From contig NW_026889785.1 in assembly GCF_033153115.1 (NCBI RefSeq), forward strand, positions 3,968,001 to 4,032,000: a stretch of 64,000 bases of DNA. Direction: 5' to 3'. Shown here piece by piece: positions 50,633-64,000 of this stretch. How positions within the stretch are numbered: position 1 is the first letter of the stretch; every line of letters starts with the position of its first letter. Source of the DNA: Saccostrea echinata. Its lineage: Eukaryota. The notes below the pieces were generated by a model that was given only the letters and a program-made list of their open reading frames with translations, was not told the DNA's origin and made no database searches. The translations under genes were made by a program, and so were the position numbers.

Positions 50633-51517
50633 TCAAGCAAGCGTGATGACTTTTGCAAGGCCATTGACATGGACCACCTCAACCGGGTTTTCAAGTAGGA
50701 GCATTTCAATTTGCTCTATGTCATTCAACAGGTGTTCTTTACCTTTGTTTTTTAACATATTCACAACAACATCATTGTAAGCTGTAATGAATACATCTTG
50801 CACATTAATTTTCAGTGTAAGGGTAGTTTTTAAATTTCTTTGCAACATTTTTTGAGAACATTTGTGACAACAAACAATTGATCTTGCAGTATCAGTTATT
50901 GTGATAGGAGTACTACAGTGAAGGCAGAAGTGCTTGGGAACAACTGATACCGTTGTTGAAATTCCCTTAATTGTGACAGGGATCTGAGGTGCCTGATCGA
51001 GATCAATATTAATGTGACCTATGTCATCTACTTCACAAACTGATGAAGCTGAGGTCATGGAAAGAGACTTGACATTTTCAAATTGTTTCACAGTTAACAT
51101 TAATAATTTGTATGATTTTCCTAGTGAGATTTTCTTCCCATCGTCATCCCACAAAGCCAAGTTAATTTTTGAAGTCTGGTCTGCAATTGTCGCTGTTGTA
51201 AGGGAAATGGATTTTCCATATCTTGTTGTCTTGGTTTCTGGTTCTTGCATGTGAAAAACTTTAGCAGTAACTGTAACCTAAAGTAGAAAGTTCAAAATAA
51301 AATATTCTGAGAGTTCAAGCATTTTGTTTTTAGGTTCATTTCTATTTACATGATATATGTACTTACAAATGACTCAGCTGGACCGGAGTCTATGATATCT
51401 TTAATTTGCATCTCCTTGCATGGTTTGAGGTTCGGTCGAAACATGAAGTCCAACTTGGTTGGTACAAGGGTCGTGTTTCGATTGCATTTAACATCATACC
51501 CTGAGGATGATGTAAAA
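50633..51517 (-). CDS. RPA1-like OB-fold protein with C4 zinc ribbon (last exons; 5' exons uncertain)
   Basis: VTVTAKV..TATIADQTSKINLALWD..GKSYKL; CLHC...CHKC. GT/AG intron ~51278-51366 joins an upstream exon (..IKDIIDSGPAESF). Confidence 0.65.
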
Positions 51518-53311
51518 CCTGAAGATGAAGAAACAAATACAATAAAGTTTTGCCTTTGCTTCGTCTTAAATGTGTTATTTTAATAAGCATTGAATGATTT
51601 AAGTCTGACAAGTGAACGGTGTGTGCGAACAATTTGAGTAAGATGCATTAGAGGAATTTAGAGTATTATGAAAATTTGTTTGTACACACTGTTACACTTC
51701 TGAGACATCATCTTTCAAAAAAGAAAAAAAAATAATGCTTATATTTACATTTTTTAACTGCCTGCCTTGTCTTCAAATATGATTAACATTTTAAAATCCC
51801 TGTATCATTTTTTCCGGTAAAAACAACTGTTTTTCTTCAATGCAAGTGTGAATTTTGAACCTTGCATACAACACAGCTCTTGCAAATGTTTGTTTGTGAT
51901 GTCGGAGTAAAAATCATGACTCAACTTTTTGACCTTCCCATTTGTGTTAGTTAGTTTTGAATGCCAAAGCTTTACATACACTTTGTAAGCAAAATTCACT
52001 TTGTTAGCAAAATACATGTGGACTATAAATATTATACATGTATATTGGTGGACATTTTGAACACCATTTTTAAATTAGAAGTTATTTGGGACATGGAGTG
52101 TTTTAATAAAAATTTTAATTAAATTGTAATGGAAGAGGAGCACAAATCAGCTGCTATGTTAGTGGCGTATATTCCTTAAAGGCAAAAAGATTGAAGCCTA
52201 CACATTTTTATTCAAGGAGTAAAAATCTAATATATAAAATTATTATATGGTTGAAGAAGAAGATTAGGTATTTTGTCTATAAATTTTGTCTTATGTGAAA
52301 TGTGAAACTTATTCTAGATGTCCATGATCAGTATAAGAATTATAATTGATTATTTGAAATGTTTTTGGAAAGTTTAAAAAAAAAAAAAAAACACTAGTGT
52401 TTCAAGAAACACTAGCATGAGTGTTCCAAGGAACACGAACACAATAGTTCATATGTTTGCCTGCAAAGGAAAAAAAAAGCACCTATGGATAGTACAAGAT
52501 TGCAAGAGAATTTGATAATCAAGGAAAATATGGTTCCCCAACCCTCAAATGAACTGAAATAATTATAAATAACTATTTAATCATTTTATTACTAAAAGTT
52601 TACAACAATCCTCCAAAAGATTTCAGTTTGTCTTTACTGCAATTGTCAGTCAACATGTTCCATTGTGGAATCCTCTGATATCTCAAAGTTTTTCCTTGGC
52701 CCCATGGAGTTCAAGATAACAAGGTTTGACTGTACAAGTTTGTGTAGTAACTAAATATCATACAAAGTATAGTATCATAAGCTCATCATGTATAAATGCT
52801 AATTATCAAAACCCTGCCTCTCAAAATTCAAAAGTTGCAAGTTAAACTAAACCTGCTAGGGTATTTTTTGCAAAGTGGGTCAAAGATCAAGGTCAAGTGA
52901 ATTGTAACACAGGGTATTTTCATAATGTTTTAAGATAAACAGTGCACATGGTAAAATACATAGACTGACCTCTTAAATATCAAGAATATGCTGTATTTCT
53001 ACACTATGAATAAAAAATTTAAAAAAAGTTGTAAGGAATGAACAGTGATAGATCTCGTAAAAACAACAAACAATACAATTTTGTGAACAGGGCATAAACA
53101 CAAACTCACGGAAATTCAAAACATGGGATCAGGTGCCTATTTGTAAAGCAAGTCAAAGGTCAACAGGGTTGCAAATAACAACCCAGCGTTCTCTCAAATG
53201 TGAGTAATTTTGCCTGTGGGCAACAAACTCTTGAGGATATTATCGACCACATGGCAAGGATTTTATGAGACATTTTCAGGAAGTTTATTGTGGTTTGGAT
53301 CTACCATGATA

Positions 53312-53518
53312 CTGTGGTTTCATCAATTTTTGTCGGCATCAATTTTCGTGTGTTTTGTAAAACAGACGTTTTCAAGGATACGTAATTTTGTGGACAAAAG
53401 CATTGCCTATACAAATGAATAACATTTCTTGTAAATCAATGAACATTTAATTTCATGGATCTGCCCAACAACGAAATCGTTGAAAATTGGTGCTCAATGA
53501 ATATTGATGAAACCACAG
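53312..53518. mobile_element. Tc1/mariner-type MITE, TA TSD
   Basis: TA|CTGTGGTTTCATCAAT ... ATTGATGAAACCACAG|TA. Confidence 0.85.
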
Positions 53519-53631
53519 TATACAGTTTCATTTTCATAGTTTTCTTTCTCTAAAACATTTTGAAGATTGAGAATTGTGTGGATGAAATGCTTCCTTGAAA
53601 GTTGCGGGTTTTAGTTCAAATTCTGTGTATT

Positions 53632-53639
53632 ATTAGCTG

Positions 53640-53677
<38 letters not shown>

Positions 53678-54896
53678 CGTTGTCGATCCATGGATACTTC
53701 TGTAAACTTTTCATATTTTGAACTTCTTCTCCAGAACCGCTTGGTCAATTTTAACCAATTTGTACATCCTTTGGTAAAGGGGAGTTTTAATTGTTAAAAT
53801 AAAGGTCCAAGCCTCCTTCCAAGGGGAGATAATCAAGAAAAGACAGAAATAGGGTGGGGTCTTTAAAAAAATGTTCTCAAGAACCACTAGGCTAGAAAAG
53901 GTGAAACTTAAGTGGAAGCATCCTGGGGTAGTGTAAATTCTAAATTGTTCAAATTATGACCCCCAAAAGTAGGGTAGGGCCACAATAGGGAATCCAACTT
54001 TTACATTAAAATGTGTAGAAAATATCTTTAAAAATTTTGTGATGAAGAACCACTGGGCCAGGAAAGTTCAAACTTATGTGCAAGCATCCTGGGGTAGTGT
54101 AGATTCTAAATTATTCAAATCATGACCTCCGGGGGAAGGGTGGGGCCACAATACGGAATCTTAGTCTTACATTGAAATATGTTGCAGAAAATATCTTTAA
54201 AAATCTTTCTCTCAAAAACCATTGGGGCAGAAAATCTGAAAGTTACGTGGAAGCATACTTGGGTAGTGTAGATTCTTAATTGTTCAAATCATGACCCGTA
54301 GGGTAGGTTAGAGCCACAATAGGGAATCCAACTTTTACATTGAAATATGCAGAAAATACCTTTAAAAATCTTCTCAAAAAAACCACTCTGCCAGGAAAGC
54401 TGAAACTTATGTAGAAGCATCATGGGGTAGTATAGATTCTTAATTGTTCAAATCATGACCGCCAGGGGTAGGGTGGGGCCACAATAGATAGTCCAAGCTT
54501 TACATTTAAATATGTAGAAAATATCTTTAAAATCTTCTTCTCAAGAACCACTTAGCCAGAAAAGCTGAAAACTATACGGAAGCATCTTGGGGTAGTGTAG
54601 ATTCTTAATTGTTTAAATCATGACCACTGCAGGTAAGGTGGGGCCACATTAGGGAATCTAAATTTTACATTAAAATACATAGGAAAAATCTTTAAAAATC
54701 TTCTTCAGAACCACTGGGCAAGAAAAGCTGAAACTTAAGTGGAAGCATCCTGGGGGTAGTGTAGATTCTAAATTATTGAATCATGACTCCTGGGGGTAGG
54801 GTGGCGCCACAATAGGTATTACAAGGCAGGAAATCAGATGAAGAACAGCAGGCCAAAGTTAGTCAGATGAGCATTGTGGCCCATGGGCCTCTTGTT
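53632..54896. mobile_element. HINE/Helentron element carrying ~6 monomers of ~166-bp Cg170/HindIII-type oyster satellite
   Basis: End hairpin TGAGC-TGAAA-GCTCA; units start ~53881, 54048, 54215, 54381, 54545 and 54708; other end GGCCCATGGGCCTCTTGTT. Confidence 0.88.
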
Positions 54897-55420
54897 CACA
54901 CGGTTGAATTGTATGGAATACAATGAGTAGCAATTATATTAATATTTATTCTATGTTTGCCCCTTTATCCTGTGGATATTACTCTTTTACCCACTGCTGT
55001 GATGTCACAATGCCTGAATGGGTTTTGCGTGAGCGATGAAGTAAAATAAAGTGGAGTCGTATATAAAGACCGTGTAAAAGATCAATAGTGATGTATAAAA
55101 CATAGGATAAAAAGAATCTCCCATGATTTGTTGTTGGACATGATTTTTATCCAATGACTCTGTGCTTTTTATATTCCAGAGCCTAAAAACACACAACTTG
55201 TCAGATAAAAATCATATCCAACTACAAATTGTGGGATATCCTATATATATTATAGGAAATTCCCCAAAATATCCTTTTATTTTTTTTAATTAAAATCATG
55301 GAAATTTTTTTGTGAGGTGCCCTCATCTTTACCAAGAGGAAGAGCTACCTTCTTGCACCTACTCTAAACCTTTCCCCAATTTCCTAGTCTTTGCCTTTAC
55401 AAAAGTATACATTAGGCCTA

Positions 55421-56259
55421 CAGTGATTCATTTTGATGTGCGTCCTGCATAAATTACGCACAAATTTTGCCCAGGACGCATTATTTCAATAAATGTGCAT
55501 CCCAATGGACGCAATAAATTTATAGAAGGACATGTACTATTTTAAATTATTTCGGTATAATCTGATTTAAAACTTGACCGATTGCATCATATCCACGTGC
55601 TAAACGATATGCATGAACGATTTTAACAGGTAGGTCTACAAGGTTGCCAACAACTGGTCAGATTTCACAACTCAAGTTAAAAGCAATTGTCAGAAAATAT
55701 TTGAAAGTTAGATAGCATAGTTCGATTATCACTGATTATGTCTATACAGTGGAACGTTTCTGAAGCGAATACTATACATTTGTACCTTCGTATTTAAGCT
55801 GTAACCTGTATCATTGTTTTTTTTTTCTTTTCATTTTTTCCTTACAAGCTAAGAAGTATAAAATTTAATCATTTTTATTTCTGACTATTTGTCATTTCTT
55901 CTTAATTTTTTTTTTTTTACCTCTTTCTGCTTCTGTGCATTTTATGACTGATACAATGTGTGAGATCGTATGTACGATCTAAAAATAGAACCAAAGTGCA
56001 CAATATATTATTTTTACGACACAAAATCATGTACTGTTACTTGGACAATTGATAGTAAAAGTATAAATCACTCACAGCTACAATAAAACATTTGCTCTTT
56101 CGTGCAATACACTTTTTTTTATTTCACCAGAATTTCCTCTGTAACATCTAATATACGGTCCCCTTGGATTTGGACGCATTGATTTTGGCAGGGGACTCAT
56201 TGCTGTCATTAAGAGGGGTCCATTGGACCCATGATAACCATTTTCAAAATGAATCACTG
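55421..56259. mobile_element. Non-autonomous DNA transposon, 16-bp TIR CAGTGATTCATTTTGA, 6-bp TSD GGCCTA
   Basis: TIRs and TSD read directly. Confidence 0.8.
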
Positions 56260-56632
56260 GGCCTAGATAAATAAATAGTGTGTTTCCGGTTCTCCGATTG
56301 ACCCTAAAATATATGAGCCGACCCTGAAAAATTTATCCCCCGATATCTTTCCGGACGTAAACAATTCCATTTTCACTATTAGAAATCCTAATCTCGATCA
56401 CTTCCATGTTTGAGAAAATGCATATCCTATACACATTTAACAGAAATGCCATTATTAAAGCTGCCCTTTGGGGAAAAAGAAATGAACTCTTCGTTTTTCT
56501 CATTTTTGTTTATTGTCAAAGTTGAATTTTAACTAATAAAATGTTATTAAAATAAAATAAAATGTTTTCCCTACCTACCTACCCTATTTTTTCTCGGGTT
56601 GGAATAGGAAACAATATTTATTTACCTTGGCC
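56260..56632. mobile_element. Zator-like MITE (GGCC.. TIRs)
   Basis: GGCCTAGATAAATAAATAGTGTGTTTCC versus reverse complement of the end GGCCAAGGTAAATAAATATTGTTTCC. Confidence 0.6.
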
Positions 56633-57536
56633 TACACAGAAAGGAATATATGCCACTGTATGTTAAAAAAATGTATTCAGATAAATCTGCATTTTCTAGT
56701 CTAAAAAGATGGATGGTTTCTCCCACTCCCTTTCCTCTTTTTTGTTTCCACCAAAGAGGATTTGTCAGTGGTTTTATATATATATATACAGATGTGTGCC
56801 AGAAGTGAAGATAATTATATATTTTTTCTCTATATTTTTTATTGAGAACAACATTTTGTAAAATCACTGGAATGACAATATTTCTTGAGAGATTTAAAAG
56901 CAGAAATTTCTTGATAATCCAAGAAATTAATATTAGTATAATTGATAAACAGGGTTAGAAACTCCCTAAAGTTACAACTCGCAAATAATTGCGAGTACCA
57001 ACAAAGTGAACTCGCAATTTGATAAGACTACTTGCAATTTTCAAGTTAAATTTATATAAATTAAATACATGTAACTTAAGGAAAAAGTAACTACTGTACA
57101 ATACACAAAATACAACTACAGTGCGACTTTTATCTAAATTACTGATTTAAATCAAAAGTATTGTGTTCTGTCATATTATATAATTTTGCTACAGTTTCAA
57201 TGCAAAAAAACTCAACTCGCAAGTTTTTGCGAGTTACCTAATTTTTAACTCGCAATTTGGGAATTCAAAAATATTATTTTAAGTGCAACATGAAAATTTA
57301 AGTGATATTCACACAATTAATTATATAGTCAACATTGATCTTGAATTTTAGAACTGATGTAAATGAAGAACTGTCTTTATCTAAAAACTAAATATGTAAT
57401 CTTTCAGAAAAACACAACTGCACATTTTGTGGTTTAAGTACTGAAATAAATATTTTTCACTATTTGGCAGCAATTAAGTATAGGCGGTTTTCAATAACAT
57501 ATATAGAGAGAAAATTTTGTTCACTTTTGGCACAGA

Positions 57537-57540
<4 letters not shown>

Positions 57541-57581
<41 letters not shown>
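57541..57581. repeat. (TA)n microsatellite
   Basis: Direct read. Confidence 0.95.
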
Positions 57582-57589
<8 letters not shown>

Positions 57590-58045
57590 GCTTGTCACAA
57601 CCCATAGTTAAAATAATCTGTGTCTCAGGACAAGCCTTCTCCACAGTTAGAACATGTCCCATATACCTGCAATGTAGCAAATCGGAACGAATCCTCTTCT
57701 AAATGATTTTGGAGAATAGAAAAGGAGTTGCACTGAAAATAACTACCGAATCAATCATAACAAACTTTTATGAGATTGTATCCACCTTTTAACCTAAAAA
57801 AAAATAATCCATATAAAAGACGAAAATTCAACTCATTTTCTTAACGTATTTTTCTCACTTCAAATTTACACGCCATGTTGACATTCGGAACTCTCTGGTT
57901 TGATCATAGTAAATGCACTGAGTTCGAGTTATCGGCCGTGTTTAATTTGCTACATTGCTAATACACGGAACGTTAAACAGGGTGCGTAGGACAATATTAT
58001 ATTAACGATAGAAAGTTCCATCTAAACCACCCCCGAAAAATGCCT

Positions 58046-58234
58046 GGAGCCCGTTTTACAAAGTAACCTACGAGGAAGGTCCAAAATTTTGTCGATTGTA
58101 AAATGTTGGAAAATTAAAGATTTACGTTTTAAATTCTTTGATAAAAATATCTTTTTAATTTTTTTTCAAGATTAAAACCATTTTCAAATTAAGTTATTTG
58201 CAAAGTTGTAAGTTCTTTTGGTAAACGGGGCCCC
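58046..58234. mobile_element. Degenerate Harbinger-like MITE
   Basis: GGAGCCCGTTTTACAAAG ... CTTTTGGTAAACGGGGCCCC imperfect TIRs. Confidence 0.45.
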
Positions 58235-59106
58235 GTTGAGCAGCGTTAAGGGGGTCCTTAAATGTTGCTAATTACTTAAAGAATACTTACTGACTTCTTT
58301 AGTCACGCATGTTAGTTTGAGTGGACTTTTCATTGCTTTCGCATTCACGAAATACTGGTGTTTCTCGGGTGTGAAAGCAACTCCTTTCGAGTAATGTTCG
58401 GGGCTTGTCTAAAACGTGAAGTTGAAATATTTCACATTAGGCGATTTCTTTGACTGAGTCGGATTTGTTACATCCACAACATAACCTTCAACAATGTCAC
58501 TGTCATCTAACTTCGCCCTCTTCGCTTTGGACTGCATGTTTATGGCGTCTCGTCGAGTGGCGTCTCGTCGAATGGCGGGAAATTAACCGACTTCGAGTAT
58601 TTCCGCCGAAACAAGTTTGCCAATCAGAGAGCATCGTTGTTTTAGTCACATGATGTACATTAGGCGGATGGGGGGAAACTGTTTACATATCAGTACAAAT
58701 AAAGGTCCGTTCGCCCGAACTACATTTTCGCATGAGTCCCTTCCGTCAAAGCCTGTTCGCTAAAATTCTTTCTTCTGTCGTAATTAAAGTTTGTTGATTT
58801 AAAATTTTTTTTTTTACTAATAGATTTAGTGAAGAATTGTTATTTCCTTCCAATTAATAATTAAACTATCTACGATTTTTAATATTTATGAAAGAGGTTA
58901 TTGGTTTAATTGTTTGTTCATTTTATGGCGTAAATTAGGGAAGATATTCTTTTCTTCCCCCCCCCCCTTTTTTTTTTAAAGAATCCGGTTACGTTTTGAA
59001 AATAAATTTAGATGTTTTAAGATGAGCAGCGGCTGAACAGTTTTACGTATGCTTGAATGAAACAAGATAGTCAAAATTTTATTATAATAACATAATAATA
59101 ATTTTA

Positions 59107-60002
59107 AACCAGAAGTCTCTGATGAGACTGTAGCTCTACTAGTCTGTACATATAACAAAGGAAAAGTAGCACTTGGATTTGAAACTTTGCAACATGCAGC
59201 AATAAAGAGAATATTATGTATCTTAATGTAGTCTACTTGTGTGCCGAGTTATATTGAAATCAGACCAAAACTGAAGGAGGAGTAGCATTTTAAAGAAATT
59301 TCACATAAATTTATATTTTTAGTTACCATGACAACACTGTTCGTCGAAATCAAAAACCAATGCAGTAAATTATGTATCTTAGTGTAGTCTACTTGTGTGC
59401 CAAGTTATATTGAAATCAGACCAAAAGTGTAGGAGGAGCAGTGTTTTAAAGGAATTTCACAGAAATTTCTATTTTTAGTAACCATGGCAACACCGTTCGT
59501 CAAAATCAAAAACTGATGCACTAAATTATGTATCTTAGTGTAGTCTACTTGTGTGTCAAGTTATATTGAAATCAGACCAAAAGTGTAGGAGGAGCAGTGT
59601 TTTAAAGGAATTTCACAGAAATTTCTATTTTTAGTAACCATGGCAACATTGTTCATTGAAATCAAAAACCGATGCACTAAATTATTTATCTTAGTATAGT
59701 GTACTTGTGTGCCAAGTTATATTGAAATGAGACCCAAACTGTAGAAGGAGTAGCATTTTAATGGAATTTCACAGAAATTTCTATTTTTAGTAACCATGGT
59801 AACACTGTTCATCGAAATTAAAAACCGATGCACTAAATTATGTATTTTAGTGTAGTCTAGTTGTATGCCACGTTATAATGAAATCAGACCAAAACAGTAG
59901 GAGGAGTAGCATTTTGAAAAATTGTTTACAGACAGACAGACGGATGACGGACACCTTAGTATCGCATAACCTCTTCTGGTCTCTGACCAGCAGAACAAAA
60001 AA
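59107..60002 (+). mobile_element. HINE element with ~5 x ~156-bp tandem units
   Basis: TTATGTATCTTAGTGTAGTCTACTTGTGTG recurs at ~59214, 59370, 59526, 59682 and 59838; (GACA)n; hairpin CTGGTC-TCT-GACCAG; A-tract. Confidence 0.8.
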
Positions 60003-60881
60003 TGTCATAAATCGAAAGTATTTTACCCTATTAGAAGTAAATGAATGTGAAATATGAATTTTCTTACATGTATCTTATTTTAAATAAATTAAAAGAGGCC
60101 CATGTGCCTTGTGGTCATCTGAATATCATACAACAACTTTTAACTAAGTAAAGCCAAAATATTTTAAGAAAGAAGCATACACTTATAATCAGAAATCTTG
60201 AATCACTATAGGGTCATGAAATACATGGGCCACTTGCTGAACTTTCATGCAATCATTCTGTACCTTCATCATGTCATCAGTGAATGTATTTCAGATTGTT
60301 TCATAGAACATTATTGAAGGTATGACATTTAGTCACATAATCATTACATTCTCACATCTGGTCCCAGGATCATGAAACAAACTTAAACTAAAGTCAAATT
60401 TTCAATCACCTGTAAAATGTTTACTAATTATTGAATTTATCTCTAAAGTTGCAGATAACAACACTTTTGTATAGCAATATTGAAAACTATTTTAATTTTG
60501 TGCAGATTGACTTTTACAAAAACGAAAGAGAACATAAAGATTTTAACTTAAGCTTAAGATGTTTCATGATCCCAGGGCCTGATATGCTCTTTGCAATGCA
60601 TTTGAAGGAAGAAGATGTGGGACCCTAGAGTAAATCCGACTTTGTGTAAGTTAAGAGTACTAAACAACTTTTGTCACAATTGTAAACTTTTAAGTGTCCC
60701 AGTAAAAATTTCAGAATTTTTTTTTTTTAGAGCGATAAATTTAGCAGTTTGTGGTTTTTATAGGAATGTTTTCTTTAGCTACATAATGTGATTTTACACA
60801 AGGTATGCTTATTTTTGAAAATAAACTCTGATGTGTGAGCAGTGATAAGCTGCAAATTAATCCTTTCTTACAGTCCTTTAA

Positions 60882-61198
60882 GGTAAGACGACACATTCCT
60901 CAAATATTTACTTTTTTGTCTCTTTGTAATTTACCAAAAATACTTATAATTATTGTTATCTTGCTATTTCTAAACTATTTTTAAAATATCTTTTAAAAAT
61001 AAAGACTAAAAAATTGTGATATAAGCAATTCAAGTCTTTTTCAAAAGGATTATATAGGAAACACCATCCTCCGTTACCTTCCTCAAATGCCTGGTAAGGT
61101 ACCTCAATTTTTTGCGAAGAAACTTGTTAAAATAGAAATACTTCAATGACAAATTATTAGGAAAAATTATATATTATTGAGGAACGTGTCGTCTGACC
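60882..61198. mobile_element. Kolobok-like MITE (TTAA TSD, 22-bp TIR)
   Basis: TTAA|GGTAAGACGACACATTCCTCAA ... TTGAGGAACGTGTCGTCTGACC|TTAA. Confidence 0.85.
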
Positions 61199-62540
61199 TT
61201 AAACATACCCTAATAAAAATTGACACATACTCAAAAAGCCATATCAGATTTATTGTGTTTTATATTTTCTCAAGATAATGATTTACATGTAATCAATAGA
61301 ATTCTTTCTCATAACATTAGGTTTGCGAAGAGTCATGATAAAACATCTTAATATCTTAAATTATACAATAACTTAAAATATGACACAATACTCAACACAA
61401 AAAAGCAAATTAAGGGGGGGGGGGAGAAAACCAAAGTCACTGCAAAGAGGTTCATTCCCTTATAAAAGAGTACATTGATCCAGATAAAATCACTGCTTGT
61501 TCAACTTCCATTATGTACACACTAATGCATATACACACTCAAAAGCATGTTACTACATACATGTAAATAGTACCATGGATCAATTATTGACTTTAATATG
61601 CTCACAATAATGATTTAAATAATCAAGTCATAGGTATTGACTATAGCATTGCATTTATTTAAAAAGCCTGGTGAACAATTCATTGATATTTAACTTTGTT
61701 CAAGTTTAAACAATATGAAAGTTTTACCACAAATCATACTATGTATGAAGCAATCTTCACTTTATTTTTATATCATCTGAAAGAAGCAAGGTTTACCTCC
61801 CTTTACGGGCTGGCCATTGACCCCCTCTTTCTACGCTACTTACCTTTAAAAAGTGAATGCTTTCATACAGTTACAACATAAAATAGAGATTGTGAAATCA
61901 TGGTAACAATGAAACATTTTTTTAACTTGAGTTAGCAATTATAGTAGGTTCTGAGCCTGTACCCGAATTGTTCACCTAGCATAAATTGTATACATACATT
62001 TTAAAATCTGCAGATATAGTTAAAATTGAACCATAAACTTTTCACAATATGATCAAGAATGTAATGAACAGATAAATGCAACATGGCAAGAACAAAAATA
62101 TTAAAATATATTTAGTACATTGTTTGATTAATTTGCTCCGATTGCAGTTTAAAACAAGCAGCAAAAAATTAAAAAAAAATTGAGAGAAAAAAAAAAAAAG
62201 ACAAGAGATTTCCTAAACCAGTGAATTTATATTAATTAAATATACTTTTAAATTCATAGTATCTGCGATTACAATTTAATTTATATATTTGCACAATGAA
62301 TATTGCGATTGATAGCTAAGTGAAATATTTCTCAGAAATGGAAAATTTAGCTGTATTCTGTCATTGTTGTGAAGAACTTCTTTAATCTTACATAATGAAA
62401 GCAAAAAGAAAGATAAAAGTTGTTTACAAGGACCTGAAAATATTTATAAATACTTTTATGAATACAAATTTCAGATTTAAGAAATAAATCTTAAGGTCAT
62501 AGTATGCCTGAAATCCAGAGAAAGGGGGTTTTATAATAGT

Positions 62541-62656
62541 TTTTTGAATTGTGTTATTTCTAGATTCCAATTATTTGTTAAATGGTATAAGCGAGTGTTT
62601 TTGAATTGTGTTATTTCTAGATTCCAATTATTTGTTAAATGGTATAAGCGAGTGTA
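62541..62656. repeat. ~57-bp tandem duplication
   Basis: TTTTTGAATTGTGTTATTTCTAGATTCC...AAGCGAGTGT occurs twice. Confidence 0.9.
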
Positions 62657-63382
62657 AAATTATTTATTAGGGGGATATTTTTTTCATATTTTTTTTCTGC
62701 ACCGAATTTCAATATACATATATGCAGCTATTAAAAGTATAGATTTTTGGAATAATGCAAGAAAAGGATGGCTTGATATACGAAAACTTCATAATGAATA
62801 TGTGTTTTAGCAATTAAACAAGTGTATACAAACTGTTTTTATAAATTTGTATAAATTTTTTTCGAAGTATCCATATTCTACGTCCTTAAAATTTATGGTT
62901 ACTGCATATTTTACAAAATCAAATTTAAATATTGTATCTGTTCCAATATACACTTTTGGCAGATGAAAATTAAAGAAAAAAAAGTATAACATCTACCTGG
63001 CTCTTTATAATAAAATATACATTGGAAAAGGGATAATGTAATTAGTAGAACTTGAAAATGATAAATTTGGTAATGATTTGGTGATAAGATTTTCTAAATG
63101 CACATAATTTAATTAGTTACAACAGCTTGTCTAGGACTTAAAACTCTTGATCAACAGTACACTATAAAGTAAACAGTTTCATCCACATGGTTAGAGCATA
63201 GATGCTTGTTAGGGTGAATGTAGTACTTATATATACAAATATCAAAGTTAAAAATTCTAAATTGTTTAAGTGTATGCAACTCAACAACATATCAGTATCA
63301 CCAAAAGCATAAAGAAAAATAAATAAAAAAGAAATGAATTCTTAATCCATTGTATATGATTATATGTTCAACAGAATAAAGA

Positions 63383-63750
63383 TAACATTTTCACATGTAA
63401 CATGGGAGATAGTCTTTTCAGAAATGGAATGTTATTGAACAGTTTCACATGTACCATCAGATGGGAGCCAGTCTCTTCAGATTTGGAATTTTGATTTAAC
63501 AGTTTCACATGTAACATCGGGAACCAGTCTTTTCGGGAATGGAATGTTAATTTAACATTTTCACATGTAACACGCTTTTCAGAAATAGAATGTTGAATCA
63601 ACAGTTTCCCATGGAACATGGGAGAAAGGTAGTCTTCTCAGAAGTGGAATGTTGATTTTTAACAGTTTCACATGTAAATCAGGAGCCAGTATTTTTTATA
63701 AACCAAATTAATGTTGATATAACATTTTTACACAGCTTGGAGTTAGTCTT
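63383..63750. repeat. Minisatellite, ~50-60-bp unit x ~7
   Basis: AACA(G/T)TTTCACATGTAACATGGGAG..AGTCTTTTCAGAAATGGAATGTT recurs. Confidence 0.8.
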
Positions 63751-64000
63751 TGATTTAATAGGGATAACTGTTCTGTATAGAATGTCTTGGCAGATATACC
63801 GTTGCGACACTTGGTTGTATAATAACTACATTAATTATGTGTATATAATAACACAAAAAATCTTTCATTCTAATTCTTAAATTCAATACAAATGTATCAC
63901 CATAAATTAATCTACTGAAGAAATCAATGTTAATTTAAATGCCCACGAGATGAAATATTAAATTTTATTATTGTATAATACATGTACATGCATTACGGAA

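Noticed and set aside
53881-54830. CRISPR-like regular repeats (also 59214-59900 and 63383-63750)
   Set aside because: Whole units repeat with no unique spacers and there are no cas genes; these are eukaryotic satellite/minisatellite arrays.

Overview
AT-rich, repeat-saturated eukaryotic DNA, very probably from an oyster (Ostreidae). The evidence is a ~166-bp Cg170/HindIII-type satellite array inside a Helentron-type (HINE) element plus many bivalve-type tRNA-derived SINEs. No intact conventional host gene is evident; the window is a nest of decayed mobile elements: YqaJ and RecQ fragments, Penelope-like RT, two intron-containing MULE transposases, LINE, Gypsy and DIRS/Ngaro fragments, MITEs and HINE arrays. 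The standout is a degraded endogenous Maverick/Polinton (polintovirus-like) segment at ~42.0-48.1 kb encoding an rve-chromodomain integrase, minor capsid, basic core-like protein, major capsid and adenain-type protease. Its 5' end carries three co-oriented host-mimic genes: an intact DP71L/ICP34.5/GADD34-like PP1-recruiting protein, a tandem PC4-like protein and a two-repeat TATA-binding protein. A C2H2-finger tyrosine-recombinase pseudogene lies ~2.9 kb to the left and an RPA-like OB-fold/Zn-ribbon gene ~2.5 kb to the right. No pPolB or packaging ATPase is visible. All family calls come from motif recognition by eye; no searches were run, and coordinates of decayed elements are approximate.
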